Assembly: GCF_964204645.1 (NCBI RefSeq)
Contig: NC_134032.1
Location: 3,620,175 to 3,684,174, forward strand
Reading direction: 5' to 3'
DNA from: Tubulanus polymorphus
Taxonomy: Eukaryota; Animalia; Nemertea
DNA length: 64,000 bases
Of the stretch, positions 49,814 to 61,877 are shown in pieces. Made by a program: the position numbers and the translations under genes. The notes under the pieces were generated by a model. It did not search any database and was not told where the DNA came from. It was given only the letters and a program-made list of their open reading frames with translations. Positions within the stretch are counted from its first letter, which is position 1. Each line of letters starts with the position of its first letter.

Positions 49814-51772
49814 ATGAACGCACGAAGATTCAACGCGGCATCCGTCGAGAAACTGTATAAGTCGGCCTACAGGGTCAAATATTATTTGGAAGACACTCTG
49901 CCGGAGGAAACTCTTCGCTTTCTAGAAGTTTTCGAAAGGGCTTTTAACGTCAGCAAGACATTAAGTTTGTCGGTTATTATATCCACCACAGCTGCATAAA
50001 TGGGGCCCAACACAACGATTAAAGTTGGACCACACCTGTCGACGTCACTGAATATATTCATGACAACAGTTGCAGCATCGGGGGCGGGCAAAAGTATTGC
50101 CTTCGACAAGTTAATGAAACCGGCCTTTAATACTTTTTAGGCTGCGAAACACGAGTCTCCAACAAGTCACCAACAACGTTCCGGCGGTTATGGAATTATA
50201 ACATCGGACGAAGGAGGACGAATCCTTAAAGCAATCATCCAAAAACAAAGCAAAGGGGAGTCTGAGCAAGCTCTACTTTGTTAACTATTGGGGGGAGGGG
50301 GCGGCGAAGGAGATGCCGTTAATCTATCATCAGGACAACGTGGATTTGACAAAACGGTCAAAATAGTTTCTCCATGCACATGATAACTCAGCCAGACACC
50401 TAGCTGACTGAATTGGTGCAGATTCAAGGAACGGCGGATGGTTTTTATGACAGGTTTATGTGTATGGTGTGCAAGCCAAAATATTTTGCGGCCGAAATAA
50501 ACAACGAAAACGCCGCTCTTTTTATAAAGCTGATGTCATTAATGATAAATACGATATAATATACAATACGCACAGCCGGCCGGGGGTTTATACCCTCGAT
50601 GCAGCAGCATCGACAATGTACACTACCCTCAAAAACAACTTTGCTGCATATATGGCTGCAAAATATGCATCCGACTCATCAGACGATAAGTACAATTATT
50701 TCTTTAATGACAGTTCACGTTATGTATTGATACAATTTGCAGGCAATCTAACGTGTTACGTTACATTGTTTCAGACGATGAAATGGAGATACTGATACTG
50801 AAATGGAAACTCCGATCCTAAAATGGAGGCATCGCTGATGTCCACGAAAGACCCGATGCACGTGGTTAAACTTGTAGCAGTGCTCAATGTGTTTTATTCG
50901 GCACAAACTGGAGTTGACATCCCACTAGTCATTCATGAACCGATTGGAGCGTAGCAGCGTCATTACTGCACGGCTCTAAAAAGCAAAAGGCAGTGTTCAC
51001 AGAGGTATATACACACACAAAGTATATATATATATATACCTATTTGTTGTCAGTGATTTTTTAAGTTTCTATACTAACCGTTTCATTTACTTCCAGGCAG
51101 TATCTTCCCTTTCCAAGGCCACGATCAATGCGCCTCGTGTTTTTTACTTACCAACAGAAGGTGGTTAATGTCATTTTGTAAAGTGACGGCCTGATTATAC
51201 CTGTAAGAGCTATACAGAAGAGAATTCGAGGTAATACAGCACTCACACTTAAAAGTAAGCAATTGTTTTCATACTCCATGCTAATCATTTCAGAATAGAT
51301 TATGTTATAGATATTCATGTTAAATACCTTTCGCATTGCGGTCGAATTGTCGATCATTTGTGAACAGATGCGCTTTTGCAATTGGGAGAGGTTAAAATGC
51401 GGCCGAACATTTCGCGAGGTATTCTACAAGCCACACCTCGACAGTTTCGATGCTACCCACGCCGCTGTATTAAATAAAAACTTCAACCACGAACGGTATA
51501 GAGAACGTTTCAACAACTTCGGAAATACAGAGCAATCACTAAAACAAATCGCTGCAGCGCACCATCCGCATGCGCATTTATTAGCCGATTTGTCCGAAAA
51601 AGAAGTTACACAGGATGTTAAACAACCTCAGGAAGAACGGCATGAAAGCCAGGACCCGCAACCGACCCAAACCGACGAACCACAACCTTCGTCCAGTTGT
51701 GGAACCCGGCACGGACAGAAACGGCAGAAAGCGAGCGCTGCCGTTGGAGGAGCTTCTGAAAAGAAAAGATAA
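49814..51772 (+). pseudogene. Decayed P-loop NTPase, DUF3987/YfjI-like (primase-associated helicase type), probably spliced
   Basis: Reading through the stop at 49997: LNIFMTTVAASGAGKSIA (Walker A, 50072-50095), GIITSDEG (Walker B, ~50207), then GD...R and GVQ motifs; acceptor-like sites at ~50140, ~50453 and ~51096. Confidence 0.6.
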
Positions 51773-52186
51773 CGATATAGATAGCTATTGTATAATTTTT
51801 ACTTCTAAATAAATACGTGCTCTTAATTGTTAAAAGGCAACTTGTCCATTCTTTCACGGTGGTTTCTATGACTGTTAATCCCCTGATGACATTTGGAACT
51901 GAAATCATGCAACGAAATTTCGATTGGTGTTCTTACATAAATCACAAAGTACAGCACAGAAGGGGAAGTACGAATGTTATGTTACAACTGGTTTATTCTA
52001 TACCTTATACGGAATATCCTTCGACCTACAACAATGACCACAGTAAGGGTTCTACACCACACGATCCTGCTGTAAAAAATTAGTAGGTTATCAATAAATA
52101 GTCAGCGAGTCGAAGATGACAGAAGCGGTCGTCTATAACCAATTACAGTACACTCACCGTTCGATCACGCAGACGCTGTCCACGAC

Positions 52187-54540
52187 CGGTTCCTGAACTT
52201 CGCTGAAAAAGCTGAAACACTGAAAAGCTGAAACGCTGAAATAAAAACGCTGAAATTTCAGGGAATTTCCGAAAAACGCCGAAATTTCAGGGAATTCCCG
52301 AAAAACGCTGAAATCGTGCTAGGTAGCGACAATACACGTTTTGAAAATCATTCTGGGACGGTGTCCGCTGACGAGTCCTGAACCGTGTTTTATGCTCTTC
52401 CTTCGGTTACAGAGACATGCCTTAAGGTCGTCGTCATGATTGACTTGATCGATTGCGGATTGCGTGGATTGTTAGATGTGTTTTTTGCCATAGTTTTATT
52501 TGCATATACCGGTACGATCTAACAATGAAGTTATCACTTCATTTGAATAAATTCTTAATTACAGTAATATTAATTCACAATATTTTTTCTTATGTTTGGT
52601 GATTTCTTGCAACTTATCATTGCCAAGTCTCATACAAGTAGTAGCTGAATGAAAGTACAGTTAGGCTGAACCTGATAACCCAAATTAAGTGCTAGCATGG
52701 AACTAATGATTTATTTTGATTCTATTTTCGGTGTCATTGAAATTCGTTAATAAAGGTTCAACCGTCATAGTATACTGTACTTAGCATTGCTACGATTGGG
52801 TGCCATATTTCAACAATTTCTACCTGTAGGAAGGAGTCTTTAAGTGTCTTTGTTCCCCGGTAGGGTATGGGGTAAAACCTGGTTTACTTTCTCTTTCGAC
52901 TTGCCGGAGACTATTATCTGCAATATATTGCATGCTTTGATTTGTCTGGCCTATAGGAGTCGAACGATATTTTCCCATACACAGGCTTGGCTTTAGTGTA
53001 GATGAAGGCTAGGCACTGCACATTGTGGATTGACTCTTAACTCACAAAATTAAACGAGTCAACAAGAAAGATCCAATAATTGGACGTTTGTCTAACTATA
53101 TTATTTAACAGCTTGAAATAATACATATTCTGCAAGAGTACACAAAGGCAATCAGTTCTTACATTAGGCTATATCAGAATCAATAGTTCGCTTAACTCTG
53201 GCTAGAATTCTGGTTCCATTGCTTCATATTCTAATGAAATCCACTAGCATACCTTAGAATATCGCTTAGCTTAAGACTAAAAATTAGATACCAGGAAACA
53301 GGGAAGAAAAGTGCGTGTACTGTACATCCACAATTGACTTATTTCTCTCTGGTTGAATCAAGTTATTATTGAAATAGCATTCGAATAGCCATTTTATTTT
53401 TTAAAATTGTGTCGTTCAGCTATCCTGCTGCAAATTTCGCAGTTGAAGTTTACTGGTGCCATCTGATTTCTCAGTATCTCAAAGAATTTGCACATTCTAA
53501 GCCTGAATCTAAAAATAGAAAAAGGTGCATTTTAGTAGGATATAAAAGAATAGTGGCTAATACACCCTGGACTATATAGCCTATGGGGTGGGCCTAGTTT
53601 GAAAGCACTGCGGTCCGAGGGAACAGCACTTAATAAATAAATACTGAAATTAAACTTACAAAACACCAAGTACTTGAGATGATGTACTTGACAAGAAGTG
53701 TCTCCAGCTAAGCAAATCAACTTTGTCTATGACTCCTCCTTTTATAGATTCAGTAGTCGTCTAAAAATAAGAATCGGTACATTTTCCTAACAGTTGGTAT
53801 GTCATTTCTTCAAAAAAAACTAATTATTATCACGCCACAGCAAATAAATTATTCACAGTTGTTGAATGGTTCGCCCGATTTAGATTAATTGGTTGACGCT
53901 AATCAGTATGACCCATACGTAGGGGCCTACTGCATGCCATTGGCGTCAATCCATTCCATTCCACAGTGTCAGTGAATTAAAAAGAAATTTAGTTAGATCC
54001 CTTTTGTCCAAAAGCTGCATCATTTATATAACTAGCTGTCAAATTTAATTTACCTCCTTCAGAGAATACCATAGTCCGTCGCCCATCAACGTGTTGACAA
54101 AAGAAAAGTTGCTCCATGTTTTATACATGAACGTTCAAATAAGATATTTTGCGTCTTGCAGGGAATATTGAGCATAGTGTTTAAGTTGGCTTGCACGGTT
54201 TGTGAATGGGTTTTCCTCATTATGCTTCCTGTATGCATTAAAAATCCGGATTTCAAGCGAATTAATTTGTCCAACAGGTGGCCCTCTAGAAGTATACTCC
54301 ACACATACTGTCCATGCATGTCTCTGTAACCGAAGGTAGACCTAAAACACGGTTCAGGACTCAGCAGCGGACACCGGCCCGGAAAATATTTCAAAACGTG
54401 TATTGTTGGTACCTAGCACGATTTCAGCGTTTTTCGGGAATTCCCTGAAATTTCGGCGTTTTTCAGAAATTCCCTGAAATTTCAGCGTTTTTATTTCAGC
54501 GTTTCAGTGATTCAGCTTTTTCAGCGAAGTTCAGGAACCG
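52187..54540. mobile_element. Non-autonomous long-TIR element, copy 2
   Basis: TIRs CGGTTCCTGAACTTCGCTGAAAAAG ... CTTTTTCAGCGAAGTTCAGGAACCG; carries ~385 bp (53107-53492) absent from copy 1. Confidence 0.88.
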
Positions 54541-55869
54541 AATGTTGCCAACATTTCCTAGGTGATCACAGCTCATAAGAATGTCACCAGAAAACAAAAA
54601 CAAAATCAATCGGGTGTTTCAAATGTTGACACCATAAAGCTCGTGACTGTCAGTTAAATCGTGAACATCGTGAGTAGTTAGGGTCTGTCACTATGGGGCC
54701 ACAGTGGAGTGAGGGAGGAATTTCTTAAGACGTTTGTCTTTAAGATTTTTTCCTTAAGATTTCTTAAGATTTTTTTCTTGATTTTTTTTCTTACGATTTC
54801 TTTTTCTAACTAGTGGAGTTCAATAGAACTGGCCAATTTCCATAAAAGTACTGAATCTGTGCATTTTCACTTACAAATATCCATATCCATGTTCTTTAAT
54901 TTCCACAACTAACTCCCCAAGTCCGAAAGGACAATGGCTTGGCACATCTTTTCCACATATTGTTGCCCGCAATTCTGCATCATTGCACAAGTTTAACACG
55001 GCAACACACTTCGGAGGAAACTCTCTCACAAATGTGAATCCAGCCTGAACGGGACCTCGGGATCCACAATCTACAGAATAAAGGAAAATTAATTATAGAA
55101 AAATGAATTAGGCCTATAGCACACTTTGACCCCTACTAGACCTAGTCTATACACTCTGGGTTACCTAGCCAGGGGTGGATATAGCTTTTGGGAAAAACTC
55201 ATGAAATAGTGGGTTACCGTACTTTCAACCATTAACACTGGTAATGATGTCACAGGGCGCGAAGCATCAAAAGTTGGGTCTGGCCTCTGGGGCTCCAACC
55301 CCAGAAAATGTTGAAAAATTAGGAATGAAATATGCTCACATTTCACCATTTTCTAAACAAGTCTTAGAGAGAAAATTCCAGATAATTCTATTCATACAGG
55401 GTCCATAGGATGTTCTTAACCCGTCGATAGGTGGCTCAGCCAGAGAGAAACTTTCCCGGATCGGGGGCCCGACTCCACCGGGGGATAGGTAAACCCAGTC
55501 GGCCGGCCCTGGACTCGTATTTATCAATACACATCAACTCGGCTGCCACCACAGATGACTCGCCAAGAGCGTAAGCATCCTCCTTGGAGGCGGTATCTGA
55601 AGCCATACACTCAGCCTGTTTCGCGGACTCACGAGGTTTAGGCATGGTGGCGCCATGTTTGCATAAAACCTTTTGAATGAGCGTGTAGAACGGACTATCC
55701 GCCGGTGCTGAAAAGTTGAAACTGGTAGCGAACGAGCCCGAAGGCGGTCGGTCAAACGTTAATGGTGAACAGGAAGTGGTCAATTCGGATAGTGGAATCC
55801 AAGGCGACGACTCCCTGAAACCCGGATGAGTGATAAGACCTGCCTCCAAGAAAATTCATCGAAATCCTT

Positions 55870-56620
55870 GCGGTCAGGATCTCTGTATTCTTCTGCTGCT
55901 TTATTATATTTTTCTAAAACTAAGTTATGTCTTTTTCGTACTGATAATGAACCATTTTTATCAATACCCACCACCAGTGAATGCTAAAGCGTTAACAATT
56001 GCCGATCCTATAACAGTTATAATTGCAGAAGCCATTTATTTAACAAAAAATATGCGTTAATAAGAGGAATATATTTTTGTTTTTCCAAATAATCAATTGT
56101 TAAATTAAATAAAGTAACGGCTAATGTTAATTTTAAAATATCATTTATATCAAATCTTTCAACATTAATATTTCCCATTTTGAATACTTTCTTTAATACC
56201 ATTGTATAAACAACAGTTCCAACTGATAGTTATGCTCCATTATATAATCGAGTTATCATCCACATATTAACACTCATTAAATTTATCAAAAAATCACCTT
56301 CTTTAAAATATTGAGTTATCTTAGTTATAATTATTTCAACATTTATTTCATTACTACTTTTATGATTATCATAAATTTTAGATAATTTATTTTTCAATAT
56401 CATTGATAATTCCATCTTCATTAAATTCATAATATTCTAAAGATGTTTTAATTAAATCAATTACTTTTTCTTTATTATAATTTTCTTTATTAATCATTGA
56501 TGCATTATTAAATGATTTACTTTTTATATCAGTAATAACATCATTCAGTTTAATTCTCATTTCTTTACCATGTTTTAAATCAAACCCAAAACATGTACTC
56601 GGTCCTACTGTTATATTCAT
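55870..56620 (-). pseudogene. Cluster of small Maverick-type ORFs including hydrophobic membrane proteins, partly frameshifted
   Basis: Abutting AT-rich ORFs: MASAIITVIGSAIVNALAFTGGGY/fs/...RKRHNLVLEKYNKA, ...ILKLTLAVTLFNLTIDYLEKQKYIP, and 56230-56620. They resemble small ORFs I recognise from invertebrate Mavericks (not searched). Confidence 0.6.
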
Positions 56621-57315
56621 ATTAATTATTATAAAAAAAATTAGTAATTATTCTCTACATCTTACAACTAATTCATATATCACAGGAAAGTTATTCAAAT
56701 CAATTAAGTATCCATTATGATTTCTAATTTCTAACTTACGACTAATTCTTAACTTACTAACTTTCTAACGACAAAAAGGCCCCCGATATATCTGAACTAA
56801 CCGTAGTATGTGCGGTCCCGGTCCGCTTAGGGGTAAATTTCGGGTTGTTGCCAGTTCGGCGTTGATCTATGTTTTTTCCGCATTTGATGGATTGCGGAGT
56901 TGCATAATCACATTCTGCGGAAGCTTATTTAGATATCATTAACAGACATTACTTAACCGTAAATACCGTTATGCGTCTATCGTCAATATTGATGATTACT
57001 ACGTAACCCTAATTTCGTATGAAAATGATGATGATTATATCGAGTCTAAATAATGCGGCGTGTTTTTGTTCTTCCTGTCTCAGCGGATTGCTACGCACGG
57101 ATAAACTGCTACTCAACAGGAAAAGCGTAAAGTATTAACTAGTTTCGTAAGGGTTCTGTTTAGCTCTATATCGCGTCGGCTTTTCTATCTCCGTCAAATT
57201 CATAATTCCAAGACACATTTCACAAATGATCGATTCAGTTGACTATCTAAAACAGGAATTGATTAATGCATCGTGTATCTCAAACCATGTAGGTCTATTT
57301 CAATAAGGACTTCAG

Positions 57316-57454
57316 TGGCCGGTTCCATAGTCATGGCTTAGACTTTAGACTAGTCTAAAGACAATTTTAATTATATAGCTAATCTAACAGCTTAAGACCT
57401 GTCTTAAGATTTAAGACCACTTATAGACTTAAGTCTCGACTATGGAACCGGCCC
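57316..57454. mobile_element. Short PIF/Harbinger-like MITE
   Basis: 16-bp TIR GGCCGGTTCCATAGTC / GACTATGGAACCGGCC; CWG flanks. Confidence 0.7.
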
Positions 57455-57619
57455 CTGTTGGCTTAAATTCAAACCTATACTCTGTGCAACTTTTCTTCTT
57501 TGTGACACTTATACGAAATAAGATTTAGGCCTACATTAACGTTACGCATCTGAAACCAATGCAGCAGTTCTGAAAGTAAAGAGACAGAGCGAACTCATCG
57601 AAAATGTATTAATTTTAAC

Positions 57620-57950
57620 TTAGAGTTAACTCGTACTCGAAACTGTGATACTGAAACCTGAGTTCTGAGTTAACTATTAATAGTTCACTGGATCCTGATT
57701 TTAGAGTTTGCTCTCACTCAAAACTGTGGAGTGTGGTACTGGACCCCGAGTTCAAAATTAACTCACTCACAACTGTGGAACTGGGTCCTGAGCTCGAGTT
57801 AACTCTAACTCACAACTGTGGAATTGGGTCCCGAGTTCAGAGTTAAATCACTCATAACTGTAAGACTGGATCTTGAGACGCGCTACTGCAGTACTGGATC
57901 TGGGTTCAGAGTTAAATCTAACTCCCAACTGTGGAACTGGAACCTGAATA
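57620..57950. repeat. Degenerate ~38-bp minisatellite
   Basis: Repeated CACAACTGTGGAACTGGGTCCTGAGTTCAGAGTTAA-like units. Confidence 0.75.
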
Positions 57951-57973
57951 TTCGCGTCACTATATTCTTTCAG

Positions 57974-58052
57974 ATAATAAGCATGTATAAGATTAGTTTA
58001 TCCATCTCGATATTGATCGTGTCTTCGTTCGGTTTCGCGCTTTGTCAAACAG
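57974..58052 (+). CDS. Host-type signal-peptide exon of an unidentified secreted protein
   Basis: ttctttcag acceptor; ATG at 57983 gives MYKISLSISILIVSSFGFALCQT; phase-1 donor G|GTAAAT. Confidence 0.5.
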
Positions 58053-58275
58053 GTAAATATTGCACTCATGATCTAACCCTAACCTAACAAATGATCTACA
58101 AAAACTCCGTTCCTGATGATGCTATTATGTTTTATATTGAAAGTTTGTACCGATGGTTCCGGAACTCACTATGAAGGTGGCCAATGGGTTTATAGATGTA
58201 CCCGGTATACGTGTAGCGCGGGACGAACAGTCGCGATTTCTAGAGGTAACCATTTTTAAGCTTTCATATAACATC

Positions 58276-58702
58276 AGTAATAGGGGTTTAGTTGTTTCAG
58301 ATCAAAGGTCGAACGGTCGAGCTCATTAAAAAACAAAATATTAAAAGTAATTAAAAAACTATAATATATTTTCATAACCGCGTGTATTTTATATCAAAAC
58401 TAAATATTTATTATAAGATATTAATAATATAAAAAGCATATTGTATTAAATCAATTGGTCGCTCCGCTTCGCTATCGCTCCGCTCCGCTTCGCTATCGCT
58501 CCGCTCCACGACCAATTGATTTAATTACAATACACAAATTTAAATAATCAAATATATTCAAATGATAATAATTATTCTATTATTCAACCGAAATACACGC
58601 GGTTATGAAAATATATTATAGTTTTTTAATAACTTTTAATATTTGTTATTAATGAACTCGATCATTAAACCTTTAACCCGAAACAACTAAACCCCTATTA
58701 CT
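58276..58702. repeat. 427-bp imperfect palindrome with a GC-rich tandem-repeat loop
   Basis: Outer 23 bp perfect (AGTAATAGGGGTTTAGTTGTTTC); inner arms match; the loop is repeated CGCTC-CGCTT-CGCTAT. Confidence 0.9.
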
Positions 58703-58768
58703 CTTAAAATATTCACATATATATGAATAACATTTAAAATCAATTTTAATAAAAAATATAGTATTAAA

Positions 58769-59008
58769 ATGGAAGCAAATAAATACTACTGCCCAACATG
58801 TAATATCGATATAGACAAGTCTCAAAAAGCAAGACACAATAAAACTATAACACATTTAGAGAATAAATTGAAACTAGAGTATTCAGAACAGTTAACAAAG
58901 GGAAAGAAATTTATTGAATTATGGAATAATGATCCAAATAATGAACAATACGTTGAGGAATTTATTATCAAGGAATCGAAAGAACTTATCAAAAGCAGCG
59001 AGGAATGA
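58769..59008 (+). CDS. Small C2H2-like zinc-finger protein (Maverick accessory)
   Basis: CPTC...HNKTITH pattern; 79 aa. Confidence 0.6.
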   Translation: MEANKYYCPTCNIDIDKSQKARHNKTITHLENKLKLEYSEQLTKGKKFIELWNNDPNNEQYVEEFIIKESKELIKSSEE

Positions 59009-59087
59009 AAAAGGATGACGTTAGTCGAAGAAATGGAAGAGGATTCTAAAATTATTAACCAATTTAGTAAAAAAATATGTATAATAA

Positions 59088-59741
59088 ATGGAGCCGGAAC
59101 AACCACAAACTATAAATATTACAAATAACACTGGTGTTATAAACATATACTACAAAAAGTGTTCTAAATGTGAATTAGATAAATTAGCTTTAACAGAATT
59201 TAGTAAGCGTAAGATTAGCAAAGATGGTTTTCAAAATTGTTGTAAAACTTGTACTAAACTATATACCAAACAATACCGAGAAGATAATAGAGAAGCTTAC
59301 AATGATTATATGACAGAATACATGAGAGAAAAATATAAAACAGATCTTAATTTTAGATTGAAACAATGTTTACGGTCTAGATTAACACAATTATTCAGTA
59401 AAGACAGTCACTCATACACATTATCTGATCTATTGGGTTGTTCAGATGAATTTCTCAAATCATGGATAATATATCAATTCGATGATAAAATGAATATAGA
59501 TAATTATGGTGAATACTTTCATATTGATCATGTGTTGCCGATTTCTAAATTTGACATGAATGATGAATACAATAAAAAACTTATTTGGAACTGGAGAAAT
59601 TTAAGGCCTTTAGAAAAGAAAGAAAATATAATTAAATCTAACAAACTAGATATGAAATTATATTTAGATCAACTGGATAAAGCAAAGACATTTGTTGAAT
59701 TATGGAACTCAACACATAATGAAAAATACGTTGAATGTTAA
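59088..59741 (+). CDS. HNH-type endonuclease with an N-terminal CxxC...CxxC zinc module (giant-virus-like)
   Basis: CSKC...EFSK...DG...CKTC, then HIDHVLP...NWRNLRPL...EN..KSNK. Confidence 0.8.
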   Translation: MEPEQPQTINITNNTGVINIYYKKCSKCELDKLALTEFSKRKISKDGFQNCCKTCTKLYTKQYREDNREAYNDYMTEYMREKYKTDLNFRLKQCLRSRLTQLFSKDSHSYTLSDLLGCSDEFLKSWIIYQFDDKMNIDNYGEYFHIDHVLPISKFDMNDEYNKKLIWNWRNLRPLEKKENIIKSNKLDMKLYLDQLDKAKTFVELWNSTHNEKYVEC

Positions 59742-60904
59742 ACGCTTAGAGAACCGGTTTCTCTCGATCTATGTCAAACCGCCTGTATGTAATTGTATTA
59801 GGTTGTTTACAAAAACATCTGTGCCGTATTTCATATTCAGTTGAATAGGGTGTATCTCATTTGAATATTGATCGAATGTGCTATTTCAGTTGAAAAGGAT
59901 TAATCAATTATATTACAAAGGAAGGAACATCTGTTGCACAGACAGACAGTGTTTAGCTAGTGTATAACTGGCAGTTATAAACGCGCAGCACATAAGCATA
60001 GGAACGTATAGGATATTCTCTCTATAAACACAATTTTAGGAGTTTACAGTTATAAATGTAAGTACTGTTTTTGTTGTTATTAAGGCGTTGGAAAACGCTA
60101 AACATGTAAAACTTATCCTGGTAAGATGAGCCACAAAATGGTCATGTTTAAATGTTGTAATTAATATTTTACAACTACAACTTCAAGTTAGTTTTATTCT
60201 ACGTTAGATATTTATCTTTTAGATAACAAAATGAAGGCTATTGAATCAAGAAAGTGAAGATAGATGGATGTGGAATCAGAAATAATGGATATATCAACTC
60301 ATGAGACTGTAGCAGTTTAGCCATACTGTATAGGCTTCCAATGCATTACGTTTGCCGGAATTTCAATTGCGTCATTCAGCTGTTGTTAATGACACATAGT
60401 GACAGATGTTGTATTATACTTTATTGATTCCTGCATTCCACGCATACCTTACCGCTCGGCTGCCGAGCGGCTTGGAATGTGGAAATCGATAATGATTGTA
60501 GAATAAAATATATGTGTATTTATGAAATAGTATTTCCACCAGTCGTTTCTTTGAATTTATTTTCAGTTTTAGGATTTATTATCAAGAATCCGAAATGACT
60601 TATCTGGACAGTTATAGTTACTGCTCCTAATAGATAGACAATAGTAGTGAGATAATCTAAATCCTAATTTAAATAAAATATAATAAAAAAAACAATTACT
60701 TCAACTAGCTAGTCAATTCTATTATATTTTTAATATTTTCTTTTCAAAAGAGAATACTTTATATTTTGAATAGATTCAAATAGAAATTCTTTAAATTCAA
60801 ATAGCTAGTATCAGTAGTCAATACTAGAATTCTTTAACTTTAACTATCTAGTATCATTTGAAGAATACTTATAATATTTTTCTTATTAAATTTCTCTAAT
60901 ATAA

Positions 60905-61507
60905 ATGTCAAAGAAATCTAATAAGAATAGTATTGATATTGAAAAGACATTAGATGATTTAGGTATTAGTGATAATAAAGATACAGTTGCAACTAATTGT
61001 GCTCAAGTTAATAACAATATAGATTATGAATACTATTTATATTGTAAGCATCATCTTGAATTATTAATTGCTGGCGGGAAATCTAAGGACTTCTTAGGAA
61101 AAATAATAACTTTTCAAGAACTAGACTCTATGAAACCCGATAAAGTAATTAAATATTTTAAGATTTATGAAGAGTCGAGATTAGCTAGAATAAACGACTC
61201 TATAAGTGATGGTATTATCAAATGTTATTCTAAGTTATGTAACCGGCTAATACCAATTGATGATGAAAATAAATTATATAATGATTTGAAAAATGACTAC
61301 TTAGTTATGACTGAATTACAAAAATGGGTTGGATATGCTTCATTTCAATTAGGATCGGTTATGACGTTGATTTCTACTGGAGTTATAACATTTTCGAACA
61401 TCAAACCTATGGAATATAAATCAGGTAAGAACGAAACAGATGTACTACAACCAAACCACGAAACAGAAAATGAATCAGAACAAAAATTAACTAAAATAAA
61501 TGAGTGA
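60905..61507 (+). CDS. Maverick uncharacterised protein
   Basis: 200-aa AT-rich ORF overlapping the next start codon; hydrophobic stretch near the C-terminus. Confidence 0.75.
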   Translation: MSKKSNKNSIDIEKTLDDLGISDNKDTVATNCAQVNNNIDYEYYLYCKHHLELLIAGGKSKDFLGKIITFQELDSMKPDKVIKYFKIYEESRLARINDSISDGIIKCYSKLCNRLIPIDDENKLYNDLKNDYLVMTELQKWVGYASFQLGSVMTLISTGVITFSNIKPMEYKSGKNETDVLQPNHETENESEQKLTKINE

Positions 61508-61874
61508 TGAAGTTAAGAAAAAGGCTAGATCCGAGAAACAAATTAAATGGGCAAGAGAATTAGGTAAAAGATCTTCAGAATTAAAAAAAGCTAAGAAAAA
61601 GAAATTAACTGATATAAATGAATCTGGTATTGATTCAAATAATAATCCATCTAATTCTTATAATGTTGGAAGTAATAATAAATTATATATTACAATTGGA
61701 TTAATCACAGTAATTATATTCTCTGGTGTAATATATAAATATAAATTTAATAATAATGAAAGTGATAATGATAATGATGAACGGAAACTTAGTTATCCGT
61801 GTACAGACAGTAAACATATTATACCAGAAAATAAATCAAATGAAAATAAATCTAAAATATTATTAATGGATTAA
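61500..61874 (+). CDS. Maverick small basic single-pass membrane protein
   Basis: Lys-rich N-terminus and TM segment LYITIGLITVIIFSGVIY. Confidence 0.7.
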   Translation: MSDEVKKKARSEKQIKWARELGKRSSELKKAKKKKLTDINESGIDSNNNPSNSYNVGSNNKLYITIGLITVIIFSGVIYKYKFNNNESDNDNDERKLSYPCTDSKHIIPENKSNENKSKILLMD

Positions 61875-61877
61875 AAT

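Noticed and set aside
55336-55849. GC-richer ORFs as Maverick genes
   Set aside because: Composition differs from flanking viral ORFs and no motif was recognised; likely an unrelated insertion.
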